64,000 nucleotides of DNA. It comes from Anaerolineales bacterium. GTDB lineage: Bacteria > Chloroflexota > Anaerolineae > Anaerolineales > E44-bin32. The notes beneath the pieces were generated by a model. It made no database searches. It had not been told where the DNA came from and saw nothing but the letters and a program-made list of their open reading frames with translations. The stretch is from assembly GCA_034430895.1 (NCBI GenBank), contig DAOUDW010000087.1:4408-68407 (forward strand), written 5' to 3'. Of the stretch, positions 55,358 to 63,277 are shown piece after piece; within the stretch, counting starts at the first letter, position 1, and every line of letters starts with the position of its first letter. Made by a program: the position numbers and the translations under genes.

Positions 55358-57265
55358 TCAAGGATTAAGTACTTGGAGCAACGCTGTACTTGGGCTTGGT
55401 TTATCAGGATCCTGTGCTTCAAAAACTTGTTGTTCATTAGCAATACTAATTGGACACCGTTCCCAGAGGTTATGACGAGCGAGGAATGAGTCAAATTGCA
55501 TGCCCGAAGCACCAACATCAATACGCCTCAATTCATATGGACCATACGCATCAATCCCCTTTTCGGCCCACAATTTCCATACTTTTTCTGTCCAGACGAG
55601 GCCATTTCCATGTCGTTCCCATGTATCCCACCAATCTGTTAGTTTCAAGGTGATTTCAGGTCCATAAATGCCTTCGAACTTCATAGGTAGACAGTGAGGG
55701 TCATTATATTCGAAGAGTTGCATTCGCTCCTCTACAAGTTCCAGAAGTTCTTTCTTCTTAACGCGTAGAATGTCAAGCGTGGGTTTATTGAAAACGACAG
55801 CGTATTCACCTACTGCTTGATCACCACCTACCATGTCATCTGGATCTGAAACTTTTCTTACAACGAGAAATGGGCAGTTTTCATAAAGATTGTGTTCAAT
55901 ACTCCAGATTTGTTTTCTAAGTTCAATAATCGCCATCGTATTTACATATAAGCTAACAGCTATGTTAAGTTCGAGGTCGACATTCAAAAGCTTTTTTAAT
56001 GTCTGTTCATATGCTCGCATATATCCATATGCCATATTTATATTAATGAGACCAGGGTTGACCTCCATTGAATTGTGCACATGCATTTCAGAAAATATTG
56101 GGATATTCTCCACATCTGCAGGCCATTTGCCAAACTCTGGCTTTATCTCATTAGCCGTTATTTCAGCTGATTGGGTGTCCATGAGACGATAGAGAATCTT
56201 GACCATATTCGAGTTATGGTAGCTGCCCGCTGGCTCCCTTAATGGCTCCTCAGGTCCAGCTAATATTGAAATAACACGCTCTGCTCCAAGCTCAAGAGCA
56301 GCCCTTATGGGGAGTACGTCTCTCACTCCTCCGTCTACAAAATGTCCATCCTTATATGGATCAGCCCGTAAATCTTTCGCTTCATAAATACAAGGGATCG
56401 AAGATGACGCGATAGTACCTTGGACAAGGGCATCCTTAATAGTACCCATCCCATTCTCTGCATCCAACTGCCAAGACACTTCGGGCGTATTGGCATTTCC
56501 TTTAATAAGTCTTGCATCTTCGGTCACATACCATGTCTGGGCATCCTCGAGACACACTGTCGCAAGACGCATCTTAATGTAAGGTGTGAGAGATGTACCA
56601 AACTTGTTAAAATCAACTTTCGCCTTTATTAATTCCTCTATTGGCTTGAGTGTGTAAAGGCTAGGAGCTGAAAAGAATAGGTTTATTACCTTTAAAATCT
56701 TTCCCAGCATATCTGTTAAGTCCTCAATCACACCAACGGCCAAGGTCCCGAAGGATAATATATTCAAAAGTACAAAACCGGCACCAACACCGGGAAGTTC
56801 AGGCTCACCCCCATTCACCCCTCCTGTCTCAATAACTTGGTCTATATCCACATTGAGATCATCTAATATTTGAAGTATCTCTCCGATGTTTTTATGCGGA
56901 AGGTACATGTCATTTTCACTCTGAAGGGAAAGAAATAAACTGACGAGATCCTTGACGCCCTTATAGCCAGATTCCGCAATTTTAAGGGCCATAATTGCTC
57001 CTACTGAAGTTCCACAGACATATCTCAAATTGATCTTTTTCCAAATATCAGATCTCGTAAGATAATCTAGAGCACCTACTTCGAAACTTCCTTTGGAGCC
57101 TCCACCAGAAAGTACTAATGCAGTGGCTGGGACATTATCATCTACATGTCCGAAATGTCTTTTCTTCAGGTCTAGCGGATCAAGTCCTGGACGCTCAGGC
57201 TCCTCAACAGGAATTTCACCTATTGGTACAATTTCGTGATCCCTTTCTGGGTCTAGGTCAGGCAT
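55358..57265 (-). CDS. patatin-like phospholipase with large C-terminal extension
   Basis: Oxyanion LVLSGGGSKGSFEVGAL, nucleophile elbow GTSVGA, and catalytic Asp FVDGGVRD. ATG at 57265 follows GGGGAG. About 300 aa after the catalytic domain have no recognisable motif. Confidence 0.85.
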   Translation of the reverse strand: MPDLDPERDHEIVPIGEIPVEEPERPGLDPLDLKKRHFGHVDDNVPATALVLSGGGSKGSFEVGALDYLTRSDIWKKINLRYVCGTSVGAIMALKIAESGYKGVKDLVSLFLSLQSENDMYLPHKNIGEILQILDDLNVDIDQVIETGGVNGGEPELPGVGAGFVLLNILSFGTLAVGVIEDLTDMLGKILKVINLFFSAPSLYTLKPIEELIKAKVDFNKFGTSLTPYIKMRLATVCLEDAQTWYVTEDARLIKGNANTPEVSWQLDAENGMGTIKDALVQGTIASSSIPCIYEAKDLRADPYKDGHFVDGGVRDVLPIRAALELGAERVISILAGPEEPLREPAGSYHNSNMVKILYRLMDTQSAEITANEIKPEFGKWPADVENIPIFSEMHVHNSMEVNPGLININMAYGYMRAYEQTLKKLLNVDLELNIAVSLYVNTMAIIELRKQIWSIEHNLYENCPFLVVRKVSDPDDMVGGDQAVGEYAVVFNKPTLDILRVKKKELLELVEERMQLFEYNDPHCLPMKFEGIYGPEITLKLTDWWDTWERHGNGLVWTEKVWKLWAEKGIDAYGPYELRRIDVGASGMQFDSFLARHNLWERCPISIANEQQVFEAQDPDKPSPSTALLQVLNP

Positions 57266-57529
57266 CAGGCTCCCCTTTCTTTCTTTATCTTCGAAGATAA
57301 TAAGTAAATGTGTGAAGTAGGTTGAAAAATTAAAAACCCGACTTAAGATGAGTCGGGCTTGCATTGCCTTTTGAAATTATGTGGCTTCCCCCGACACCAC
57401 ACTATTGTTAGTTACACTAAGACAAAATACTATGTGTCAATATTATACAGGATGTAGATTTGGGATTCAACTTCTGTGATGATGCCAGATAACGAGTGGG
57501 GGACAAGTATGGCCGAACCATCAGGATAT

Positions 57530-57557
57530 CCTGTAGGGAGGAAAAACTATATCCGTG
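57530..57557 (-). repeat. interspersed repeat copy (inverted orientation)
   Basis: cctgtagggaggaaaaactatatccgtg. Confidence 0.55.
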
Positions 57558-57603
57558 TTAAAATCCGGCGCAAACTCACCCTGTAGTATGGGAATATTTT
57601 ATT

Positions 57604-57664
57604 AGGATGATGTTTTTCTACCCAACAAGGTCATTTTTATAGAACGGATGTACATTTTCGGCCA
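57604..57664 (+). repeat. interspersed repeat composite (GGATGATGTTTTTC... plus GAACGGATGTACATTTTCGGCCA)
   Basis: Same two-part architecture as 54909-54966. It overlaps the annotated start of the 57648 ORF. Confidence 0.6.
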
Positions 57665-58007
57665 TCACAATGGCTATTACGATGCCTGTGCTGTGATGAT
57701 CCGTCGACTCTTAGAAACCTTAATCATCGAATGCTATGAGGTACACAAGATCGCCGATGATATTTTGGATGCTAGTGGTGACTTTGTGAGATTGGATAAG
57801 CTTATCGATTGCTTCCTCTCTCAAAAGGAATGGAACATAGGCCGCGACACAAAAAAGCAGTTGAAGAAACTACCATCAATCAAAGGCGTTGGAGATCGAT
57901 CTGCCCATAATAGACGATATATAGCTTCAAAAGATGATATTGATCGAATTGCTGATGATACTAGGTTAGCTATACAGGAACTAGTATCTATTGCATTCGA
58001 AAAGTGA
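57648..58007 (+). CDS. DUF4145/HEPN-like domain protein (possibly N-terminally truncated)
   Basis: GYYDACAVMIRRLLETLIIE and IKGVGDRSAHN resemble the DUF4145 blocks (aca...R.llE / lR..GN.aaH). The start codon lies inside a repeat that also occurs at 54943. Confidence 0.45.
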   Translation: MYIFGHHNGYYDACAVMIRRLLETLIIECYEVHKIADDILDASGDFVRLDKLIDCFLSQKEWNIGRDTKKQLKKLPSIKGVGDRSAHNRRYIASKDDIDRIADDTRLAIQELVSIAFEK

Positions 58008-58136
58008 AATACCTTGAAACAATTTCCAAGGTATTCTAAGTGCTAAGTACAAGTGATCAGTTATTTTCGATAAATAGTCGAAGTGCTCTAAGCCTTATCA
58101 TTGCCTCGTGCCGTATTGCTCAGCGAGGGCATTCAT

Positions 58137-59312
58137 TTACAATTGATTGTGTTCTTCACTGTCTGTGTATATGTACTGCTTACGATAACTTTCCCTCAAC
58201 TCATCGATAACCAGTAATTCATTATCTTCTGACGCAAAATACCAGTTCTGCCACCCATTGCATGGACTACCACCCATCAAATGCTTTCCCGCTTGATGGA
58301 TTGAACCCTCAAACCCATCTGAAAGCCGAAGTTTTCCATCTGGTTTAATAAAGGCATTTCTTGCACGATCCTTCTGGAAAAATAGCTGCTGCCCTGGCAG
58401 CAAATAATTTGTTTCAAGCAAATTCGCAAAACCAACACGCGGGGCTAAGCGTTTTTTATCGCTTACATCAAACACATCATCAGCCCGTGGCTCGGATAGC
58501 ATCGGTTTTACGTCATCAATTCGTTTTTTAGCAATCTTGATGTAGTCTCTGTCCTGCTCAATCCCAATCCAATGGCGGTGAAGCTTCTTTGCTACGGCTC
58601 CTGTTGTACCAGTTCCAAAAAATGGATCCAAGACAATATCTCCCTTTTGTGTCGATGCAATTAAGACACGAAATAACAAGGCTTCTGGTTTTTGAGTTGA
58701 GTGGGCTTTCTTGCCACCCTTTTTTTTGATTCTCTCAGCTCCTGAGCAGATTGGTAAAACAAATTGTCTCGGAATTGGCCAGTCACTGCGAAGCTGTTTT
58801 CCTTCATTAAACTCTTTCATCGCATGATGATTGAATGAATATTTTGCACCTTTTGATTTGCTAGCCCATATTAGCGTTTCATGGGCATTCGTCAAACGAA
58901 CTCCTCGGAAATTTGGCATAGGATTCGTTTTAATCCAAACTACGTCATTTAAGATCCAATAACCCAAGTCTTGGATGATTTTCCCAATTCGATATATATT
59001 GTGATAAGTTCCTATCACCCAAATAGTTCCTGTATCCTTTAGTACCCGCTTGCATGCGTTTAACCACTTTTTACTAAAGAGGTCGTATTCACCATTGTTT
59101 TCAAACTGATCCCATGAATCATTTACAGCGTCAACTTGCGTCATATTAGGACGCCATAATTCGTTTTGTAGCTGAAGATTGTATGGAGGATCGGCGAAAA
59201 CGAGATCAACAGAGCTTTCGGGAAGAGAGTTCAGTACCTCAATACAATCCCCTTGGATTATCTGATCTACTGGCAATTCGTTTTTCATAATGATTTTAGT
59301 AATACCTGTCAA
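58137..59312 (-). CDS. beta-class N6-adenine DNA methyltransferase, CcrM/M.HinfI family
   Basis: Motif IV VFADPPYNL precedes motif I DPFFGTGTTGAVA (beta-class order). The C-terminal RVGFANLLE...LPGQQLFF...PDGKL...GSIHQAGKHL...CNGWQNWYF is the CcrM-type extension. Confidence 0.85.
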   Translation of the reverse strand: MTGITKIIMKNELPVDQIIQGDCIEVLNSLPESSVDLVFADPPYNLQLQNELWRPNMTQVDAVNDSWDQFENNGEYDLFSKKWLNACKRVLKDTGTIWVIGTYHNIYRIGKIIQDLGYWILNDVVWIKTNPMPNFRGVRLTNAHETLIWASKSKGAKYSFNHHAMKEFNEGKQLRSDWPIPRQFVLPICSGAERIKKKGGKKAHSTQKPEALLFRVLIASTQKGDIVLDPFFGTGTTGAVAKKLHRHWIGIEQDRDYIKIAKKRIDDVKPMLSEPRADDVFDVSDKKRLAPRVGFANLLETNYLLPGQQLFFQKDRARNAFIKPDGKLRLSDGFEGSIHQAGKHLMGGSPCNGWQNWYFASEDNELLVIDELRESYRKQYIYTDSEEHNQL

Positions 59313-60171
59313 TTCTTTCTAACAATGATTTTGCTAGATTCTGATACTCATCAGATTTCTGCTTAGAAAAATGGCCAAACAACAACATCAGGGTCGTCCC
59401 CTCGCTGAATAATACACGAATAATACCATCAGCCCAAATCTGTTCATTCGATATCAGTTTTCTCCAATAATGTAGCCGGATTGATTTGATATCTTCGAAA
59501 CTCTCTCGTGGTGATGCATCGAGATCAATTTCAGGAAAGTCATCGAGCTCCCTCCTCCAATCTGTTAGCCAAGATACAAATTCGAACCAAACTGTAGGGA
59601 AACTTAGGTATGTGAACAAATCCTTTCCATAGAACAGGTACAGGTCTAGGCCGTAAATATCCTTTAATTTGTCCAATTGCTCCTGGTAGAACGATTTGCT
59701 TTTTGAAAAGGCTGGATCAACAAAGTACATGATGCCGATTAGATTCTTATGATGCTCTTGGTAGAGCCGATCTAGTTTCTCCTCGAAATTCTTTATCTGA
59801 CCACGCTTCTTTGTTGAGTCATGATCATCCCGCATTTTTTGCTCAATAAAGAAGTGTTTTTTTCCTTTCGCGAAGTATTGATCCAATGATAGCGATGTTT
59901 TATCATCGATGTTGAGAACAAGATCAAGGTTAGTATATCCTTGCTCCGCAAGGATTTCTCGCAGCAATAGTTCAATAGCATCCCCGAACCGAATCTCGTG
60001 AGATTGCAATAGATTTTGAATTATCTTCGCCCGAGGCTTCGTCGGTCGAAAATCACCCAGGTATCTCTCCGGATTCAAAGCAAGTTTCTCAATAATGTTT
60101 ATCTTATCGGCTTCGAATACCTGAGAGTGCAGAAGCCTTATTGCTTTCTTGGAATCCATTCCTAACCCCAC
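59296..60171 (-). CDS. uncharacterised protein, candidate PD-(D/E)XK restriction endonuclease partner of the methyltransferase
   Basis: SLDQYFAKGKKHFFIEQKMRDDHD gives a D-x13-E-x-K arrangement. The gene overlaps the methyltransferase by 17 nt and the upstream gene by 10 nt. Confidence 0.4.
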   Translation of the reverse strand: MGLGMDSKKAIRLLHSQVFEADKINIIEKLALNPERYLGDFRPTKPRAKIIQNLLQSHEIRFGDAIELLLREILAEQGYTNLDLVLNIDDKTSLSLDQYFAKGKKHFFIEQKMRDDHDSTKKRGQIKNFEEKLDRLYQEHHKNLIGIMYFVDPAFSKSKSFYQEQLDKLKDIYGLDLYLFYGKDLFTYLSFPTVWFEFVSWLTDWRRELDDFPEIDLDASPRESFEDIKSIRLHYWRKLISNEQIWADGIIRVLFSEGTTLMLLFGHFSKQKSDEYQNLAKSLLERIDRYY

Positions 60172-60971
60172 GGGATTTTAATGTACCGATGGAGCTTCGT
60201 GCTCCCGATGTTCTCTAATAGCCAGATCTCATCCTCATCAGGTGTTGATTCAGTAATTGCCTTGACAAAAAGGACTAGGAATAGTTGATCGAGCTTTCTA
60301 TGGTATTCTTGTCTATCTTCCTCGTATGGAAAAATGAACCTCACGATGGCAGTTGTCTCATCAACCAGATACGCCTTCCCTTTCTTCTTTGCAGCTTCAG
60401 CTTTGGTTAATACTCCGTCGCCAGTTCGAAATCGGCCTCCAACATGCGAGACAGAGTATCCCCAGAACAGGTCACTTGCTTCGCGAGCAACCCGCTTGTA
60501 GTAATCCGGTATGGATTCGCCATCTTCAAATTCATAAATTGGCGTCAAATCATCAAGATTGGTAGCCTCAAGCCTCTCAATGAGCGTATCTTCGTAAAAG
60601 AGATTATCCAAATTCTGCCGCAGCAGATTCTCATTTCGTAGAGGAAGGTAAAAATCGTAGATCTTTACTAGGTCATGTATTACATGATTATATTTGGAGA
60701 ATATCTGATTTTTCTGCCGGAAGAGATCACGAAAATCAGCCAGCAAGATTAATTTAATATTTCGATCAACATAATACTTCCTGTCAACCATTAAGGTTCC
60801 TGGCTCGAACTTGTCTACAAGGAATTCTCTGATTCTCTTGGAAATATTCGTGGACAAATTCTTTTGTGACCAACCTGTGTAATTTAACAATTCGCGGAAT
60901 ATTATCTCATTTCCTGCTTGCGCTTGGAGATATTCATAACACTTATCGATCTTTCGGAAATTCCTTGGCAT
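60162..60971 (-). CDS. hypothetical protein (269 aa), first gene of the methyltransferase operon
   Basis: Long AT-rich ORF with an N-terminal HTH-like segment (IIFRELLNYTGWSQKNLSTNISKRIREFL). No family recognised by eye. Confidence 0.45.
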   Translation of the reverse strand: MPRNFRKIDKCYEYLQAQAGNEIIFRELLNYTGWSQKNLSTNISKRIREFLVDKFEPGTLMVDRKYYVDRNIKLILLADFRDLFRQKNQIFSKYNHVIHDLVKIYDFYLPLRNENLLRQNLDNLFYEDTLIERLEATNLDDLTPIYEFEDGESIPDYYKRVAREASDLFWGYSVSHVGGRFRTGDGVLTKAEAAKKKGKAYLVDETTAIVRFIFPYEEDRQEYHRKLDQLFLVLFVKAITESTPDEDEIWLLENIGSTKLHRYIKIPWG

Positions 60972-61130
60972 TAGAAATCCTTTCGGCCAATGTCAATGAT
61001 TTGCCTAGGTGTAACCCGGCCTTGATTAAATTAACCCCACTTTCAATACCGATAATAAACTAGCACTAGGCAAATCTGGTTATTTCCTGGGTAGGATTTA
61101 GCAAGTTCTATCACGACGAGCTCTTATCTC

Positions 61131-61859
61131 TTAGAGAATGAAATCAGTATCAGTTTTTAGTGATTCATGTTCGTAATCTTTAGCAAGAGATTCATAATCA
61201 TAAAATGCAATCCGCTCAGAGATTGAATGAAAGGCGGTACGATTTACTTTATCGTGGAATTCGCGACGTCGAGAAGAATGAGCAACGATGATCAAACGAG
61301 TATTGAAGTCTTGAAGATCAAAAAATTTCAGTAATGAATTCTGGAAGTCAGTTGAATGTTCAATTTCGAATAAGCTATGAGGCATATGTCGATTATTAAA
61401 CCAACTTACATCGATTGTCGATGCACGCTTAACTAAGTCCTTATAAGTGAATATCGGGATCTTCTGTAAACTCCTAATTTCTTGAAGATGACAATTTAGA
61501 CAAAGCTTGTTCTTGTCCTGATTTGGTATGAATGTAGAATAGCCTCGCAAATTTCCAAGAGTAGCCAATAGCCCCTGATAATACGAGTGACTTAAAGTAA
61601 TAGACTCTTTCGACAAATCGATCTCATTATCTTCAGAGAAAAGTCCTAAACGACTTCGATATGACTCCAATGCCCAAAGACCTGGTCGAACCTTGAATAT
61701 CTCAGGTCTAACTTGAACAATGCGCCTTATTGAAGCATGTGGAGTTTTGGTTCTCCATTCAACCCCAGGAACCTTTAATGCTTCCCTATATAGCTGGGCT
61801 AAAGTGGCTTGACCGCCAAGACGATCTAATGTTTGAATAACTGCCTCATACTGCTTCAT
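61131..61859 (-). CDS. winged-helix (Mrr_N/HARE-HTH-like) plus nuclease-like C-terminal domain protein
   Basis: N-terminus MKQYEAVIQTLDRLGGQATLAQLYREAL...RPGLWAL. C-terminus IDVSWFNNRHMPHSLFEIEHSTDFQNSLLKF is a D...E-x-E/H arrangement seen in restriction-fold proteins. Confidence 0.5.
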   Translation of the reverse strand: MKQYEAVIQTLDRLGGQATLAQLYREALKVPGVEWRTKTPHASIRRIVQVRPEIFKVRPGLWALESYRSRLGLFSEDNEIDLSKESITLSHSYYQGLLATLGNLRGYSTFIPNQDKNKLCLNCHLQEIRSLQKIPIFTYKDLVKRASTIDVSWFNNRHMPHSLFEIEHSTDFQNSLLKFFDLQDFNTRLIIVAHSSRRREFHDKVNRTAFHSISERIAFYDYESLAKDYEHESLKTDTDFIL

Positions 61860-62134
61860 ATTTATAGATTGTACATTACGACAAGGTGAAATACGGATTG
61901 TCGTCGTATGGTTTTGAACTTCCAAGTTATGTGCTTATGATAGGGAGGTCCTCGCCATAAATACCAACCGCTAACCAAGTATATATAAATCATTCCCCTT
62001 TGCTATATAGATATTTCCAAATTGACGGGTTAATGTATCCTCGGAGGTGTTATGTCGAAATTTTACATAGCATACACTTTCATGCATGCGTAATCAAGCG
62101 GCCATCTATTTTGACACTTTTCTTTCGAGAGTTT

Positions 62135-62306
62135 TATAAAGCATAATATGGCCGGATTACTGGGGAAACTCAGCTTGAAAGCTCTTAGAAATAAAGCATA
62201 ATGTGGCCGAAAGTGCAAAAATAAAGCACAAGCTGGCCGTAAGTTCTTTAAACATCCTTTTCGTCAATACCGATTCTACACGGACAAGGTTTTTCCACCC
62301 TACAGG
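62135..62306 (+). repeat. iteron-containing repeat unit U3 (direct repeat of U1)
   Basis: Iterons at 62135, 62190 and 62221 have the same spacing as in U1, followed by ACACGGACAAGGTTTTTCCACCCTACAGG. Confidence 0.75.
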
Positions 62307-62333
62307 TCATACCTTATAAAGGCTCTATTGGAT

Positions 62334-62483
62334 ATGGCAAATGTGAAAGACCTTCCAAGCTCAGTCGTTTGGCAACACTTGACGCGAACTACTCTACTTT
62401 ATGCTCGAGGGGAATCTGATATTGTGATTTCGTGCTACAAGAAACCTTTCGCTGCGATGATCCCGTTTCGGGATGGATTATGA
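62334..62483 (+). CDS. 49-aa Phd/YefM-like antitoxin fragment (not in the ORF track)
   Basis: MANVKDLPSSVVWQHLTRTTLLYARGESDIVISCYKKPFAAMIPFRDGL* resembles the Phd/YefM N-terminal fold pattern (ge.vvIt..gkpvAvliP). It is followed by an overlapping 10-codon stub. Confidence 0.35.
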   Translation: MANVKDLPSSVVWQHLTRTTLLYARGESDIVISCYKKPFAAMIPFRDGL

Positions 62484-62662
62484 AAACGGTCAGATTTTGC
62501 ATTACAAAGTAAGAAACGCGAGGACGGGAGCAAAATCCAACTGACCTGCCGTTAAAGAATATGCGAAATCCTTTCGGGGTCTCTGAGTCCCTTGCAATTG
62601 ATCGAAAAACCTATTTGATATATGCTTGGTACAGCTTTAATGACATTATTTCTTTTTGCAGT

Positions 62663-63277
62663 CTAGATTATTTAACACTTCAATATTATTACATTCCTTA
62701 TCTTAACCGCTGGATCCAGCCCGATACTATTTTACCTAATCCCACCAATCCGCAAAGTTATAACAGATACACATATGTGTATAACAATCCGATCCGATAT
62801 AACGATCCAACTGGGCATTATGTTCCAGCAGAGGTTTGTGCAATGGGTGGGGCAAATATACCCCATTGTAATTCTAAAACAGGTAGTTATTTTTACACTG
62901 GTCTTAACTCCGACTTAGAGTCAACAGACTGGGAAGATAGATATGGAGGACCTCTTGCAAAGAAGACATATGATCTGATATCACGTAATTATTATATTTG
63001 GGGAAGGGAAGGGTCAGAGGAGATCGAGAAAGGATTGGGTGAATATCCACCTCCGTTATTCGATATATCAAAATGGAATGGGTTTCGAGAAATAGTTACG
63101 GCTTTCAAGTTGGGCAGTCAACCAATCATGTGCCCAGATCTCTATATACTCGGATTAGATTCCTTGGGTATAAGTTGTATGTCCTCAAAACATTTGAGAC
63201 AAAACAGGCATTTCACTAAGAGAGTCTTTTCAGCCCCGATCTACACTGGAGTATACACCCTCTCCCGCATGGCATGA
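62663..63277 (+). pseudogene. orphan Rhs core-end plus alternative toxin tip, 3' end replaced by IS sequence
   Basis: LDYLTLQYYYIPYLNRWIQPD...NRYTYVYNNPIRYNDPTGHY aligns with RARYYIPWQSRFMSKD...ANDAPITSFDPTGHY of the main gene, and an unrelated tip follows. The ORF end overlaps the transposase gene. Confidence 0.7.

Noticed and set aside
58720-58727. A8/T8 tract inside the methyltransferase gene as a phase-variation switch
   Set aside because: The tract encodes KKK in an AT-rich gene. At 8 nt it is short for a mononucleotide slippage switch, and I saw no supporting evidence.
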